Source: a virus
DNA length: 64,000 nucleotides
Strand: one strand, 5' to 3'
IMG/VR virus record: IMGVR_UViG_3300001765_000033
Coordinates: 30,583 to 94,582 of that record
The notes below the pieces were generated by a model. It worked only from the letters and a program-made list of their open reading frames with translations. It was not told where the DNA came from and did no database searches. The stretch's first letter is position 1. Each line of letters opens with the position of its first letter. The translations under genes and the position numbers were made by a program. Shown here one piece after another: positions 1 to 9,759 of this stretch.

Positions 1-292
1 CAGCAGCACCACCGGATATTCCTCCAGTGCCACCCGCACCAACAATAACGTACATCGCAGAACTGAGCATTGCTAATGGAACTATGTTGATGGCCCTACC
101 ACCGCCACCGCCACCGCCACCACCACCTTTAACAACACCCTGTGCAGCAGTGAACCCAGCACCACCGCCACCACCAGCACCTTGGCAATAGACCCATGCG
201 CCCTGTGCCCAACGTGGGATGTCAATGGTATAATTACCGGGAGAATTGAAGATCGTTTTATCTGATCCTACTATATGTGATAAATCGTACAT
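1..292 (-). CDS. Glycine-rich tail/adhesin-like protein, paralog 3 (runs off the window start)
   Basis: Read manually: ATG at 292 overlaps the upstream TAA (TAATG). MYDLSHIVGSDKTIFNSPGNYTIDIPRWAQGAWVYCQGAGGGGG matches the two upstream paralogs. Confidence 0.8.
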   Translation of the reverse strand, partial: MYDLSHIVGSDKTIFNSPGNYTIDIPRWAQGAWVYCQGAGGGGGAGFTAAQGVVKGGGGGGGGGGRAINIVPLAMLSSAMYVIVGAGGTGGISGGAA

Positions 293-1185
293 TACCAAAA
301 TCCTACAATAATTAGACCATCACCACCACGACCACCTGAACCACCTATGAGTCCAGCGCCACCGCCACCGCCACCGCATCCAAATGCTCCATTGCCTCCA
401 TTGCCTCCATTGCCGTTGAATGATGTGCCACCGCCAGACCCAGCGAGAGAGAGTGGGAATGGGGTAAAAATGGATGATCCGTTCCCACCCGGTTCAGCAG
501 CACCAGCAACACCGAAAGGTAGTGAAGGTATTAACGTGGGAAATGGAGAATTGCTCTGACCACCAGCAAAGTTAGACCCAGCACTAGCACCAAGTGAGCC
601 ACCACCAGCACCACCAGCGGTGACGCCTGTTGCGTTAGACGTACCATTCATACCACCGATAGCACCACCAGCACCGCCAGCAACAGCATTAAAACTATTT
701 GCGTATAGGATTGTAGGGATTGTAGGGGCTGTTGTAGTTCCTGCAGTACCTACTGCACCAGCACCAGCACCACCACCAAAACCACCACCACCAGCGTTTC
801 CAATGCCACAATGTACGAGAGTTGAACCCCATGTTATATAAGCATGTGTTGCCCAATTAGCCATCGTTCCATTGCCAGCTGTAGCACCATCAGCACCTGT
901 CACACCACCTCTACCGCCATCACCAACAAAAAGTTGAAGTGATGCATTTAACAACATATTTGTAGGTAGCATCGACATTATGCGCCCACCACCACCACCA
1001 CCACCACCTCCACCTTTGGCATTAACTGAGGTATTAGAACCACCACCACCACCGCCGCCACCCGGCCCAACCATGTAAAGGAAAGCATTCCTAGCCCACC
1101 GTGGAATATCGATAGTGTAAATACCAGCAGCATTAAACACCGTCTGCTGTGTGACTCTACCAACCAAGTATGTGAAGTCGTACAT
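292..1185 (-). CDS. Glycine-rich tail/adhesin-like protein, paralog 2
   Basis: 297 aa. MYD..IDIPRWA start, poly-Gly motifs, ends GGRGGDGLIIVGFW. Confidence 0.75.
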   Translation of the reverse strand: MYDFTYLVGRVTQQTVFNAAGIYTIDIPRWARNAFLYMVGPGGGGGGGGSNTSVNAKGGGGGGGGGGRIMSMLPTNMLLNASLQLFVGDGGRGGVTGADGATAGNGTMANWATHAYITWGSTLVHCGIGNAGGGGFGGGAGAGAVGTAGTTTAPTIPTILYANSFNAVAGGAGGAIGGMNGTSNATGVTAGGAGGGSLGASAGSNFAGGQSNSPFPTLIPSLPFGVAGAAEPGGNGSSIFTPFPLSLAGSGGGTSFNGNGGNGGNGAFGCGGGGGGAGLIGGSGGRGGDGLIIVGFW

Positions 1186-2072
1186 TACCAGAACCCCACG
1201 ATCACTAAGCCATCACCACCACGACCACCAGAGCCTCCGGCGATACCTGCTCCGCCACCACCACCACCACAGCCGAAGCCGCCAGAGCCTCCGTTGCCTG
1301 CTGTGCCATCAAAGGATGTCGCACCACCACTACCAGCGATAGAGAATGGGAATGGTGTCATTACAGATGAACCATTTAGTCCATTTTTAGCAGAGTTGTA
1401 TCCTCCGCTTAGTGTAGGTATCAATGCTTGAAACCTGGAGTTACAGTTACCACCAGTGAAGTTGGCACCAGCACTTGCTCCAAGTGATGCTCCACCACCA
1501 CCACCTGCAGTGATACCACCAACATTATTGTTCCCGATACCACCAGCAATCACACCAGCAGACCCACCAGTAGCAGCACTTACATTGGTTGAATACGCGC
1601 AGATGTGCAGGGTGGGGGGCACAGTGATTCCAGCAGAGCCTACATTACCAGCAGCAGCACCACCACCTACCCCACCTCCGCCGTTAGACGCATTACCTAG
1701 ATTCACTGTTGCCGAACCCCACACTATTTCAGCCGTACTTAACCCGCCTGCACTTCCATTAGCCGCAGTAGCTCCTGTGGCGCCCGTAGCACCACCGGCA
1801 CCACCAGCACCTACAGTTATTCTCAGCGAAGCATTAAGCAGCATCTTGCACGGCAGCACAGAGAAAATCCTACCGCCACCGCCACCGGCACCGCCCCCAC
1901 CTTTGGCTGAAGCGAGTACGTTTGACCCGCCACCGCCACCGCCACCAGCAGCACCAACCATATAAAGGTTAACCCCGTTCGCCCACCGTGGAATGTCTAT
2001 AGTGAAACTACCCGCCGCAGAAAAAACATGCTGCTGAGTAACACGACCCGTTAAATGGGAAAGGTCATACAT
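1185..2072 (-). CDS. Glycine-rich tail/adhesin-like protein, paralog 1
   Basis: 295 aa, colinear with 292..1185, ends GGRGGDGLVIVGFW. Confidence 0.75.
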   Translation of the reverse strand: MYDLSHLTGRVTQQHVFSAAGSFTIDIPRWANGVNLYMVGAAGGGGGGGSNVLASAKGGGGAGGGGGRIFSVLPCKMLLNASLRITVGAGGAGGATGATGATAANGSAGGLSTAEIVWGSATVNLGNASNGGGGVGGGAAAGNVGSAGITVPPTLHICAYSTNVSAATGGSAGVIAGGIGNNNVGGITAGGGGGASLGASAGANFTGGNCNSRFQALIPTLSGGYNSAKNGLNGSSVMTPFPFSIAGSGGATSFDGTAGNGGSGGFGCGGGGGGAGIAGGSGGRGGDGLVIVGFW

Positions 2073-2828
2073 TTAGTATGAACCACCTATACAAGACACC
2101 TGCCAACCACTGGTCACAGTCGCAGACAGCCCAACATAAATGGTATACCCAGGTGGTAAGGCTAAGTTAAGTGGGTAATCGATTTCAGCAGTGGCAGCAG
2201 TTGTTGAGGAGGTGACCGAAGCTAATGTAATCTCACCAAACAGGAATTGGCTGCCTGTCAGCGGATCATCCAGCGTGCCTGTCTCGGGCATTGCAGTTTG
2301 CACGAACGTAGTCGTCGCGCTGCTGAAATAGTATTGGGCTGTGCCTGTTGCAGCACCCACTGTAGTGACATAAACACGATACGACTCAGCACCGGCAATT
2401 GAAGGTAGAGTCCAAGTGATTGACCCTGTTACACCTGAAGCTACCGACACCGAGGCAGAGTATGTGCCGATGGGTGTTTGGCTATCATCAGGCCCGATAC
2501 CAACGACTGTGGCGAAATAAGCACCAGCAATCATCGTCCCACCGGAGTTTGACCCCACACCGGTGGGTGCTGCAGGTGTGCCTGTGCTGAAGTTTGTGTT
2601 TGCCGTACCACGGTTGATGTAGATACGTGCCACGGTTGCACCACCCGTACTGCCACGCGCTTTAAACCGCAGACGTTGAACGAATCCACCGTTACTAGCA
2701 TCAGCAACGAAAACGCATTTATTATATGGGCTTACGCCATTGTAATCATTTGCTGCTGTTGTCAGAAGAAAACTCTGACCGATTGCACCAACTTTAGAAT
2801 AGATCGGCTCGACATTTGGATTTGCCAT
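2073..2828 (-). CDS. Virion structural protein (beta-rich, tail module)
   Basis: 251 aa, Thr/Gly/Ala-rich, AAGGA SD, inside the tail operon. Confidence 0.55.
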   Translation of the reverse strand: MANPNVEPIYSKVGAIGQSFLLTTAANDYNGVSPYNKCVFVADASNGGFVQRLRFKARGSTGGATVARIYINRGTANTNFSTGTPAAPTGVGSNSGGTMIAGAYFATVVGIGPDDSQTPIGTYSASVSVASGVTGSITWTLPSIAGAESYRVYVTTVGAATGTAQYYFSSATTTFVQTAMPETGTLDDPLTGSQFLFGEITLASVTSSTTAATAEIDYPLNLALPPGYTIYVGLSATVTSGWQVSCIGGSY

Positions 2829-2846
2829 TATTATTTCCTTTTAATT

Positions 2847-3206
2847 TTAAGGCATTGCATTGCCAATAGCAATTTGGTACATTTGACCAGAGCTATTATA
2901 CTTATTGATCACATTTGCTGGTAATGTACAAAATACTTCTTTTACACCAGCAATAAAATCTACTGCAGCATTTGAATTACTACTTTCAAAAACTGCCATT
3001 CTTACCAATGTAGTAGAATTTGATAGATATCCTGATCCTATTTCCCATTGAGTACCACCTTGAGAAACGATACCATAATAAAAAGTTTCTCCAACAACAA
3101 AAGCATTGGAGAAACTTTGAAATTGAACTACTGGACCAAGTAAAGCAATATCACCAGTTGAAATGCTGGTGGTAGTTTCCTTTACTCTATCATGAACTTT
3201 AAACAT
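2847..3206 (-). CDS. Tail-associated protein
   Basis: DRVKETTTS..TG..L.G.V..FQSF and WEIGSG motifs typical of phage tail-fibre N-terminal modules. Confidence 0.6.
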   Translation of the reverse strand: MFKVHDRVKETTTSISTGDIALLGPVVQFQSFSNAFVVGETFYYGIVSQGGTQWEIGSGYLSNSTTLVRMAVFESSNSNAAVDFIAGVKEVFCTLPANVINKYNSSGQMYQIAIGNAMP

Positions 3207-3808
3207 TAGCTTAGAGTGGTAGAGTAAGTTACATTAAGCTGATCACCAGAAGATACAACTTTACCAGCACCAAACAAACCATATGAATACAAAATTGCAT
3301 TTGCGGTTGCAGTATCAGAAACTACACCTAAGTTACCTACAGCAGCAGCATTAAGAAGATTCAATGAAACTCCATAAATTGTACCACCAGCACCAGCAAT
3401 CGTTGCATTAACTGCAGCAGAAGTTGATTTAACTCCAGAAGCTGAAGCTGAAAATTGTGGAGAACCACGTGTAGCAATGACCGTGTTAGCAATCTCAGTA
3501 AATACATGAACTGCATATGTGAATGTAGCTAGAGCAGCGGTGTTTGAATTAACGAAACCCATTCTGAAAAACATATTCACTGAAGCAAGAGCACCTGTAC
3601 CTGCAGAGCCAGCAATCATGGTAGTATTCAAAAGGAAATCTTTTCCTTGTGTAGTTACCAGATTATCAAACTCTTCGACCCATTTTAGATTACCTTCTGA
3701 GTCTAAGCAAGTGGCAACATAACGACCATGTGCTTCCATTTGATTTGATTGATTGGCACCACGAGTTACTGATGCGGTTACGATATCCGTTGATGTTGAT
3801 TTTTCCAT
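3206..3808 (-). CDS. Tail-associated structural protein
   Basis: KWVEEFDNLVTTQGK start, KVVSSGDQLNVTY end; tail operon context. Confidence 0.6.
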   Translation of the reverse strand: MEKSTSTDIVTASVTRGANQSNQMEAHGRYVATCLDSEGNLKWVEEFDNLVTTQGKDFLLNTTMIAGSAGTGALASVNMFFRMGFVNSNTAALATFTYAVHVFTEIANTVIATRGSPQFSASASGVKSTSAAVNATIAGAGGTIYGVSLNLLNAAAVGNLGVVSDTATANAILYSYGLFGAGKVVSSGDQLNVTYSTTLS

Positions 3809-3825
3809 TTTAAATTTCCTTTTGT

Positions 3826-4887
3826 TTATATATTTATATTTAATGTTATAGACACTGGATTATAAGCAGGGTCAGTAATTGCTGCTCGTTGTCCAGCATC
3901 AAGAGCAAATTCGTATGTAGTATCGGTTGTAGTTAAAATTTGTGTCCAAATACACCCAGGAATAACTGAGCCAGATTGTTTTAAAGATACCGTTAAATTA
4001 TTTCCGATAGGGCTAGAACCTCTGACTTTAAGAACTACGTTTGAGCCTACTGGATATATAAAATGAGGTAAGGCTAATTCTGTAGTTCCTGCTAAGGTAG
4101 TACTGATATAATCTGCATCCGATGGTGTTGTTGGTTCGTCTACCACCGTACATAAATCTACCGTTGCTGGTATTAATCCTATTGTTGACGAAATTCTGCG
4201 TTTATAAGATTGATCGGCATTAGCATTATGAGATAATAATCCTGTTGGTCCCTCTACTGCATTTAATTTATATGATGATGTAAGTCTGTAGCTAATAGGG
4301 GTGGATGCTACGTCAGTAAATCCGATTGGCGGTGCTCCCATAGCAGTGCCAGTTTGTCCTTGAAACCATATCGCATAAACTGCATCACCAGCTTTTACGT
4401 CTATAGATGGTGTAGAATAATCTCCTGCAGGATTGCTAGTTCTATTAGCTATAGCGGATGTTCTTATTGGGCTTGTTAAATTAACATTAGCCCATGCAGT
4501 AATTCTTAAAATTCCTACCTGAAAGGGTATACTCGATAATACTATTGAGGCTACATCACCTCTAGCCAACCAAGTCGATAAGTTAGAATAAGATTCTCCT
4601 ACAGCATTTAACAAAGTCCACCCAGCCGACATTGATGGTTCAGTAGCTATTGGCGCCCCATTGAATACAGATACTTCAGCAATTAAAATATCAGTATCTA
4701 ATGTCCCAACAGGTTTTATTCCTGTTAATCCGTCAATCGTGCCAGTTACTTCTGCATACCCTCTAAACTCAATAGATTTATTTACATTAGCAATCCAAGT
4801 ACCCGCAGAAATATCTCTGGATGGCTGAACTACAGATACATCATGTAGTTCAGAAGTTGCACCTTGTAGAAGTACCGAAAACCACAT
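3826..4887 (-). CDS. Putative virion protein, beta-sandwich
   Basis: 353 aa ORF, TAATG-coupled within the tail operon. Confidence 0.5.
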   Translation of the reverse strand: MWFSVLLQGATSELHDVSVVQPSRDISAGTWIANVNKSIEFRGYAEVTGTIDGLTGIKPVGTLDTDILIAEVSVFNGAPIATEPSMSAGWTLLNAVGESYSNLSTWLARGDVASIVLSSIPFQVGILRITAWANVNLTSPIRTSAIANRTSNPAGDYSTPSIDVKAGDAVYAIWFQGQTGTAMGAPPIGFTDVASTPISYRLTSSYKLNAVEGPTGLLSHNANADQSYKRRISSTIGLIPATVDLCTVVDEPTTPSDADYISTTLAGTTELALPHFIYPVGSNVVLKVRGSSPIGNNLTVSLKQSGSVIPGCIWTQILTTTDTTYEFALDAGQRAAITDPAYNPVSITLNINI

Positions 4888-6146
4888 TATCCAGCTTTCC
4901 AGTAAGAGATTCTAGCGTAACCATCACCACCTTTTCCACCGACAGCCGAACCGCCTGCACCACCCCCGCCTGATCCATATCCAGTAGCGGCAGCGCCATT
5001 TACTCCACCATTTCCGCCCTTACCACCTTTGCCAAATAATGAAAATGCACCACAACCACCACCACCATAAGAGTTTGTTCCTGTAGTTGAACCTGTGCCA
5101 CCGCCAGCACCAGTACCCATAAAAGCTTGTGCCCATCGATTTCCCTGTGATGCGTTACCCCCATTACTACCAGCAACAGATGCCACAGAATTTGAGCCGC
5201 CACCGCCACCACCAGAAGCACTCCATGTAACACCATCAAATGCTGCAGTAAAAGCAAGCTCGCCGCCAACGCCGCCACCACCACCAATAGCACCAGCAGC
5301 GCCAACAGTAGCTTGTACGCCACCACTCACGCCACCACTCACGCCACCAGACCCCAATGTTGCAGCACCTGTTACCGGTCCCACTGTTGCCGCCCCATAC
5401 AGTAGTAAACTTCCATCTATTGCAGTTAAGGGTAATAACCCAGTTATAGTAGTATTACCACCAGACCCAGCGAAAGCACCACCACCAGCACCATTAGACC
5501 CTACTCCCACAGTTACAGTTAACGTAGATAATGGATTAGCAGACGCCCTAGCACCGATAATAGACATAGCACTGCCACCTCCACCTCCACCTCCATTATA
5601 GATATTACCAGTACCACCAGACCCACCCCCAGCACCGCCTCCGCAACCGTCTATAGTAAGTTCAGCAACACCCTCTGGCACAATCCAAGACCAAGGACCA
5701 TTAGGTGATGTAACATCAGCAACACCATTTGTGACAATTCCTGTACCACGAATAAACTCAACGACATATTGCTTAGGAACCATTGAAGGCCCAACACTGC
5801 CTTCTGGTGCTCTGATAGACCAAACGATTGATCGGTCAGTGCCTGCAGTTTTTCTAAGAGTTATATCCCATCCAGATAATAATGCAAATGCTGGTATAAC
5901 ATAAAGTGGTTCAGATTGAACACCGGAAATTGCTATATGTTGAATTACTCTTTGAGTAGCTCCAACCGTAGCTTTTTCTTTGATTAAAATTTCGTATGAT
6001 TCGGTTGCAGTTAATGTGCTAAAATCAATGAAGGCTTGGTAGATACCAGAAACTGTGTTACTAGCTAATGTTGTTGATGCACTAACTATACTGAATTCAG
6101 TAGACCCTATTGTGGCAGAGCCACCATGTGTTTGAGTTAATGCCAT
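4887..6146 (-). CDS. Glycine-rich tail protein with an extra ~120-aa N-terminal domain
   Basis: C-terminal ~300 aa paralogous to 6147..7079 (VVEFIRGTG..V..G...NGPW.W.VP.GVAE). Confidence 0.7.
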   Translation of the reverse strand: MALTQTHGGSATIGSTEFSIVSASTTLASNTVSGIYQAFIDFSTLTATESYEILIKEKATVGATQRVIQHIAISGVQSEPLYVIPAFALLSGWDITLRKTAGTDRSIVWSIRAPEGSVGPSMVPKQYVVEFIRGTGIVTNGVADVTSPNGPWSWIVPEGVAELTIDGCGGGAGGGSGGTGNIYNGGGGGGGSAMSIIGARASANPLSTLTVTVGVGSNGAGGGAFAGSGGNTTITGLLPLTAIDGSLLLYGAATVGPVTGAATLGSGGVSGGVSGGVQATVGAAGAIGGGGGVGGELAFTAAFDGVTWSASGGGGGGSNSVASVAGSNGGNASQGNRWAQAFMGTGAGGGTGSTTGTNSYGGGGCGAFSLFGKGGKGGNGGVNGAAATGYGSGGGGAGGSAVGGKGGDGYARISYWKAG

Positions 6147-7079
6147 TTAATCTGCACTCCAGTATGTAAATCTTATGTATGCATCACCACCAGCACCACC
6201 AGCAGCATTACCACCACCACCACCACCGCCGTAACCATATCCAGTGCCAGCAGATGCTGGAGAATTGCCGTTACCAGCATTACCAGGACGACCAAATAAT
6301 GAGTAACCACCGGCACCACCGCCACCAAAACTTTGAGTCGTGTTTGTTGTTCCTGTAGAGGACATAACTGACTGCGGCACAAATGCATGTGGTGCGTTAT
6401 ACCCACCATTTGCCCCTGCTACAGTTACTGTAGTGGATGCACCACCACCACCACCTGCAGAAGCAAACCATTCTCCAGCATTACCCATTGATATAACTGC
6501 AAAACCACCACCAGAGCCAACAGTCGGAGATGCTTGAGTTGTTCCTCCCCCTGCCCCAGAAGCCATTCTTCCTGCCCAAGCATCGTCATTACCAGCATTA
6601 GCCCCAGTTCCTCCGCCACCAGAAGTACCAGCATTACCAACTTGACTCAAACGAAATTTAAATGTACCAGAAACCGGACTCACTGTATATTGCGAGGCAA
6701 GAGTCATTACAGTATTGCCAAGACCAGTAATAGTCGTTTGTCCAGAAGCGGCACCAGCAGCACCAGCAGCACCACCTCCACCGCCAGCAGTTAATGTAAC
6801 AGTTACGTTATTGCCAGGTATTAGCCATAATTTAAATCCAGTAACACAGGCACCACTACCACCACCTCCGCCCCCAGCCATTGAGTTTCCAACATTGTAT
6901 CCTCCGCCCCCACCAGACCCAGAATTACAACCATCCATTGTTGCTTCAGCGACTCCATAAGGAACCGCCCAAGTCCAAGGTCCATTCAACGATGTAGCAT
7001 CAACAACGCCATCAGTAACAACCCCTGTACCACGGATAAACTCTACAACATGCTGTCTTAATCTAGCCCCACCAATCAT
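6147..7079 (-). CDS. Glycine-rich tail protein
   Basis: 310 aa, poly-Gly motifs, ends GGDAYIRFTYW. Confidence 0.7.
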   Translation of the reverse strand: MIGGARLRQHVVEFIRGTGVVTDGVVDATSLNGPWTWAVPYGVAEATMDGCNSGSGGGGGYNVGNSMAGGGGGGSGACVTGFKLWLIPGNNVTVTLTAGGGGGAAGAAGAASGQTTITGLGNTVMTLASQYTVSPVSGTFKFRLSQVGNAGTSGGGGTGANAGNDDAWAGRMASGAGGGTTQASPTVGSGGGFAVISMGNAGEWFASAGGGGGASTTVTVAGANGGYNAPHAFVPQSVMSSTGTTNTTQSFGGGGAGGYSLFGRPGNAGNGNSPASAGTGYGYGGGGGGGNAAGGAGGDAYIRFTYWSAD

Positions 7080-7525
7080 GGTGCTACCCCTGCTAAAATC
7101 TGTGCTGGACGATCTACCCCAATAAGACCTAAAGCAGCATAAAGTCCAAGCATTGGCGGAATCGCTGGGTCTTCAAGATGCACTTCCGATGCAGCATAAA
7201 AATTCTTATATCCAGTTCGCAGACTTCTTTTTTGTTCAGCAGTCAGCAAAGCATTTGTTTCAAAAGTGACTTCCAATTCATCACAAAGTTCTTGCTCTGC
7301 AATCGTAAATAATCTTCTGAATTCTAGATGAGTCAGGACTTTTTTTGTTATAATAGGGAGTGGTTCAGGTGCAGTGAAAACACCATCAGCGTAAGTAAAT
7401 CCTACACTCTCAGAACCAGTTTGTTCAAGACACAAATAATCTGGATAAAATAAAAGTGCTCTCTCAACTGAATCAGCAGAAATGCAGTTTTCAACTTTAC
7501 CGTCTTTAATTAATAACACATTCAT
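7076..7525 (-). CDS. Tail fibre assembly/chaperone-like protein
   Basis: IKDGKVENCI, G.TY.DG.FTAP and LT.LEF.RLFT.AE motifs typical of small fibre-associated proteins. Confidence 0.55.
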   Translation of the reverse strand: MNVLLIKDGKVENCISADSVERALLFYPDYLCLEQTGSESVGFTYADGVFTAPEPLPIITKKVLTHLEFRRLFTIAEQELCDELEVTFETNALLTAEQKRSLRTGYKNFYAASEVHLEDPAIPPMLGLYAALGLIGVDRPAQILAGVAP

Positions 7526-7542
7526 TATATATTATCCTAAAA

Positions 7543-7935
7543 TTAAGTTGGTTGGTTTGAAGTATATGTGATATTAGCAATAGGAAAGTTAATGGTATTT
7601 CCTGATGTAATTGGTTGGTTTGAAGTTTCATCAGTAACCCAAATAACATTTGCAGAACCATCGGTAAATGCAATATGTAAATCTGGTGATGCTGAAGTTG
7701 CTGTTGCCAATCCACTTTTATTATTGGTAGTTGCGGTTAAAACTCTATTATTTCCAGAAGACGTGATATTGAAATCACCAGAAACCATAGTAACACCAGC
7801 GTTCAATTTATTTGCAACCACAGTCGCATATGAATCGCCAGCAGCGTATGTGCTCAAAAGCAACATCTGTGTTGCTGTATTTTTAATATCATTTAGGCCA
7901 TTATCTAAAACGCCTGCTCGTACCCATTTAGCCAT
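7543..7935 (-). CDS. Tail-associated structural protein (first gene of a late operon)
   Basis: 130 aa, GAGG SD, downstream of TATAAATA. Confidence 0.6.
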   Translation of the reverse strand: MAKWVRAGVLDNGLNDIKNTATQMLLLSTYAAGDSYATVVANKLNAGVTMVSGDFNITSSGNNRVLTATTNNKSGLATATSASPDLHIAFTDGSANVIWVTDETSNQPITSGNTINFPIANITYTSNQPT

Positions 7936-7968
7936 TTATATACCTCTTTAAGATGTGGTTGTTTTTAT

Positions 7969-7976
7969 TATTTATA
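7969..7976 (-). promoter_or_regulatory. T4-type late promoter TATAAATA
   Basis: Exact gp55 consensus upstream of the tail operon. Confidence 0.8.
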
Positions 7977-9272
7977 CTAAGATTCATTAGCAATTTTTTC
8001 GTGCCAATTTATTTTATCTTGGGCTGTCCTACGAATCGACTGATTAGGATGATTTAGCGCAGCTTTCCAATGTTCCATTTTTGAATTTTTTTGACTCACT
8101 GCAGATAATGCGGTTTCGTGATCTTTATTTTTAAGAGCATCATGTATGTTTTCATCTGATGCATTAGGATGCATCGCTGCAATATGTCTTACTCTTGGAG
8201 TGTCATTTTTTAATGCTTCTTTGATGTTATCGCTATTTGCGTGTATGTTACTTATGGCACCAATTTTAACCATTTGATCAGAATCCTTTAGAGCTTTGCT
8301 TATATTCTCTGGCGTAGCATTTTTATGTTTTGCTGCCCATCTGCGAACCAGTGGAGCTTCATCATCTAATGCAGCATGGATATGTGAACCAGCTATACTA
8401 GGATGCTCTAAGGTCGCTAATTTTTGGTACGAATTCCCAGTTTTTAATGCTTTATGTAAGGTTTCATCCGTGGCATTATGATTATATTTTGCTGGTGTAT
8501 TGTCGTCATCATATAAATCCTCGTGCTTAGTGTGTATAGCATCTTCATGGTGAATTGGATAGTGATGTTTCGTGAATTTATCTACAGCAGCATTAGCAGT
8601 TTCTGGAAATGCTCCATATTTTTTCTGCTCTCGATGATATGAAATATTATTACCATCGTCAGATACATGTTTTTTGATTAAAGTTCTACCTAAAATATCT
8701 TTAGAATCGTATTCACCATGTTCGTTTGGTTTTGCGTCCTTATGAACATGTAATGCAGACATAGTACCATGATGCAACTCATGAGTCATTGCTTCCCATG
8801 CTGGACCAGGAACATAACCATCTTTTACCGCTTTTGCACAAGAATCCCAATGAGTGCCAGTTGATGCAGAGGCTACTTCGCCTTTGTGTCTGCTGATTAC
8901 AAGTTTTGAATTTCCATCTTCTGATTTATTTCTATGATAATGACCATAAGAATCAACAATATGTTGTGGAGCTTTTGCTTGTCCAAGATATTTTGTCGTC
9001 TTTACAGTTCTCCCTGATTTTAATATCACATGTTCATTATCTTCATGACTTTTATCTCCCTTTGAATGAATGTACTCTTTAACCGAATCTGGCATATCAT
9101 TCTTAAAAGGAATCTCAATATGATGATTTCCTTTACCAAAAACTTTATCATGCATTTTCTGTGTTTTTGAATCAACTTTGGTATCTAGTAGATGTTTTGT
9201 TTCTTTTTCGCCGATAGCTTTATGCAAATCTTTGGTTGATTCTGACAACTGAATATATTCTTTGAATCTCAT
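7977..9272 (-). CDS. Putative internal head protein with CTS-like leader and C-terminal helical (LRV/HEAT-like) repeats
   Basis: Starts MRFKEYIQLSE; His-rich; ~23-aa repeats such as HPNASDENIHDALKN. Confidence 0.6.
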   Translation of the reverse strand: MRFKEYIQLSESTKDLHKAIGEKETKHLLDTKVDSKTQKMHDKVFGKGNHHIEIPFKNDMPDSVKEYIHSKGDKSHEDNEHVILKSGRTVKTTKYLGQAKAPQHIVDSYGHYHRNKSEDGNSKLVISRHKGEVASASTGTHWDSCAKAVKDGYVPGPAWEAMTHELHHGTMSALHVHKDAKPNEHGEYDSKDILGRTLIKKHVSDDGNNISYHREQKKYGAFPETANAAVDKFTKHHYPIHHEDAIHTKHEDLYDDDNTPAKYNHNATDETLHKALKTGNSYQKLATLEHPSIAGSHIHAALDDEAPLVRRWAAKHKNATPENISKALKDSDQMVKIGAISNIHANSDNIKEALKNDTPRVRHIAAMHPNASDENIHDALKNKDHETALSAVSQKNSKMEHWKAALNHPNQSIRRTAQDKINWHEKIANES

Positions 9273-9274
9273 TT

Positions 9275-9719
9275 TTAATCCTTTGGAATATTTAGTACAA
9301 TATTATTTTCCCAATAACTTTTCTTACCAATATAAGCAGATTCGCCTTTTTTAACCAAAGGTTTCCATGCTTCTGATCTTTTTTTGCTTTTCTCCACGTC
9401 AAACCCCTTGTAGTCATCACCAACCCACTGATGCTTATGATGCCATATCCAAGGGTCTTTTAACGCCTTGGTGGTCTTTGTGGTGCCATCTGTATTGACT
9501 TTAACGCTGTCACCAACTGTCGGTTCTGGAGCAGTATCAAAATCATGCGATTTGATAAATGACATTGAATTTGTTTTTCTGTCATGCTTTACTGCGGCAT
9601 AATCAAAATCTTTTGGTAAATGTGTGTTCGTAGTCTTTATGGACGTAAGTACAACCACCAATATCTTTACCAATTTTCTTTTCTTTTATTTCTGCAAGGT
9701 ATTCTTTGAATGATTTCAT
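9275..9719 (-). pseudogene. Frameshifted gene: CTS-like leader plus a domain resembling the non-catalytic repeat of phosphorothioation-associated putative methyltransferases
   Basis: ATG 9719 reads MKSFKEYLAEIKEKKIGKDIGGCTYVHKDYEHTFTKRF* (stop 9603-9605). The rest (HLPKDFDYAAVK..HDFDTAPEP..DPWIWHHK..YIGKKSYW) is in another frame; the break is near 9621-9627. Confidence 0.65.
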
Positions 9720-9723
9720 TTAG

Positions 9724-9754
9724 TATAAATATTAAACAACTTATTATATTTATC
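9724..9754. promoter_or_regulatory. Face-to-face late promoters: TATAAATA (+, 9724-9731) and GATAAATA (-, 9747-9754)
   Basis: Both motifs lie in the 40-bp gap between divergent genes. Confidence 0.7.
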
Positions 9755-9759
9755 CTAAC

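Noticed and set aside
347-6960. Pro-rich plus-strand ORFs and Val-rich alternative-frame ORFs
   Set aside because: Shadows of GGT/GGC codon runs in the glycine-rich minus-strand genes.
1-7079. Diversity-generating retroelement acting on the Gly-rich paralogs
   Set aside because: No reverse transcriptase or adenine-specific TR/VR pair is visible in the window.
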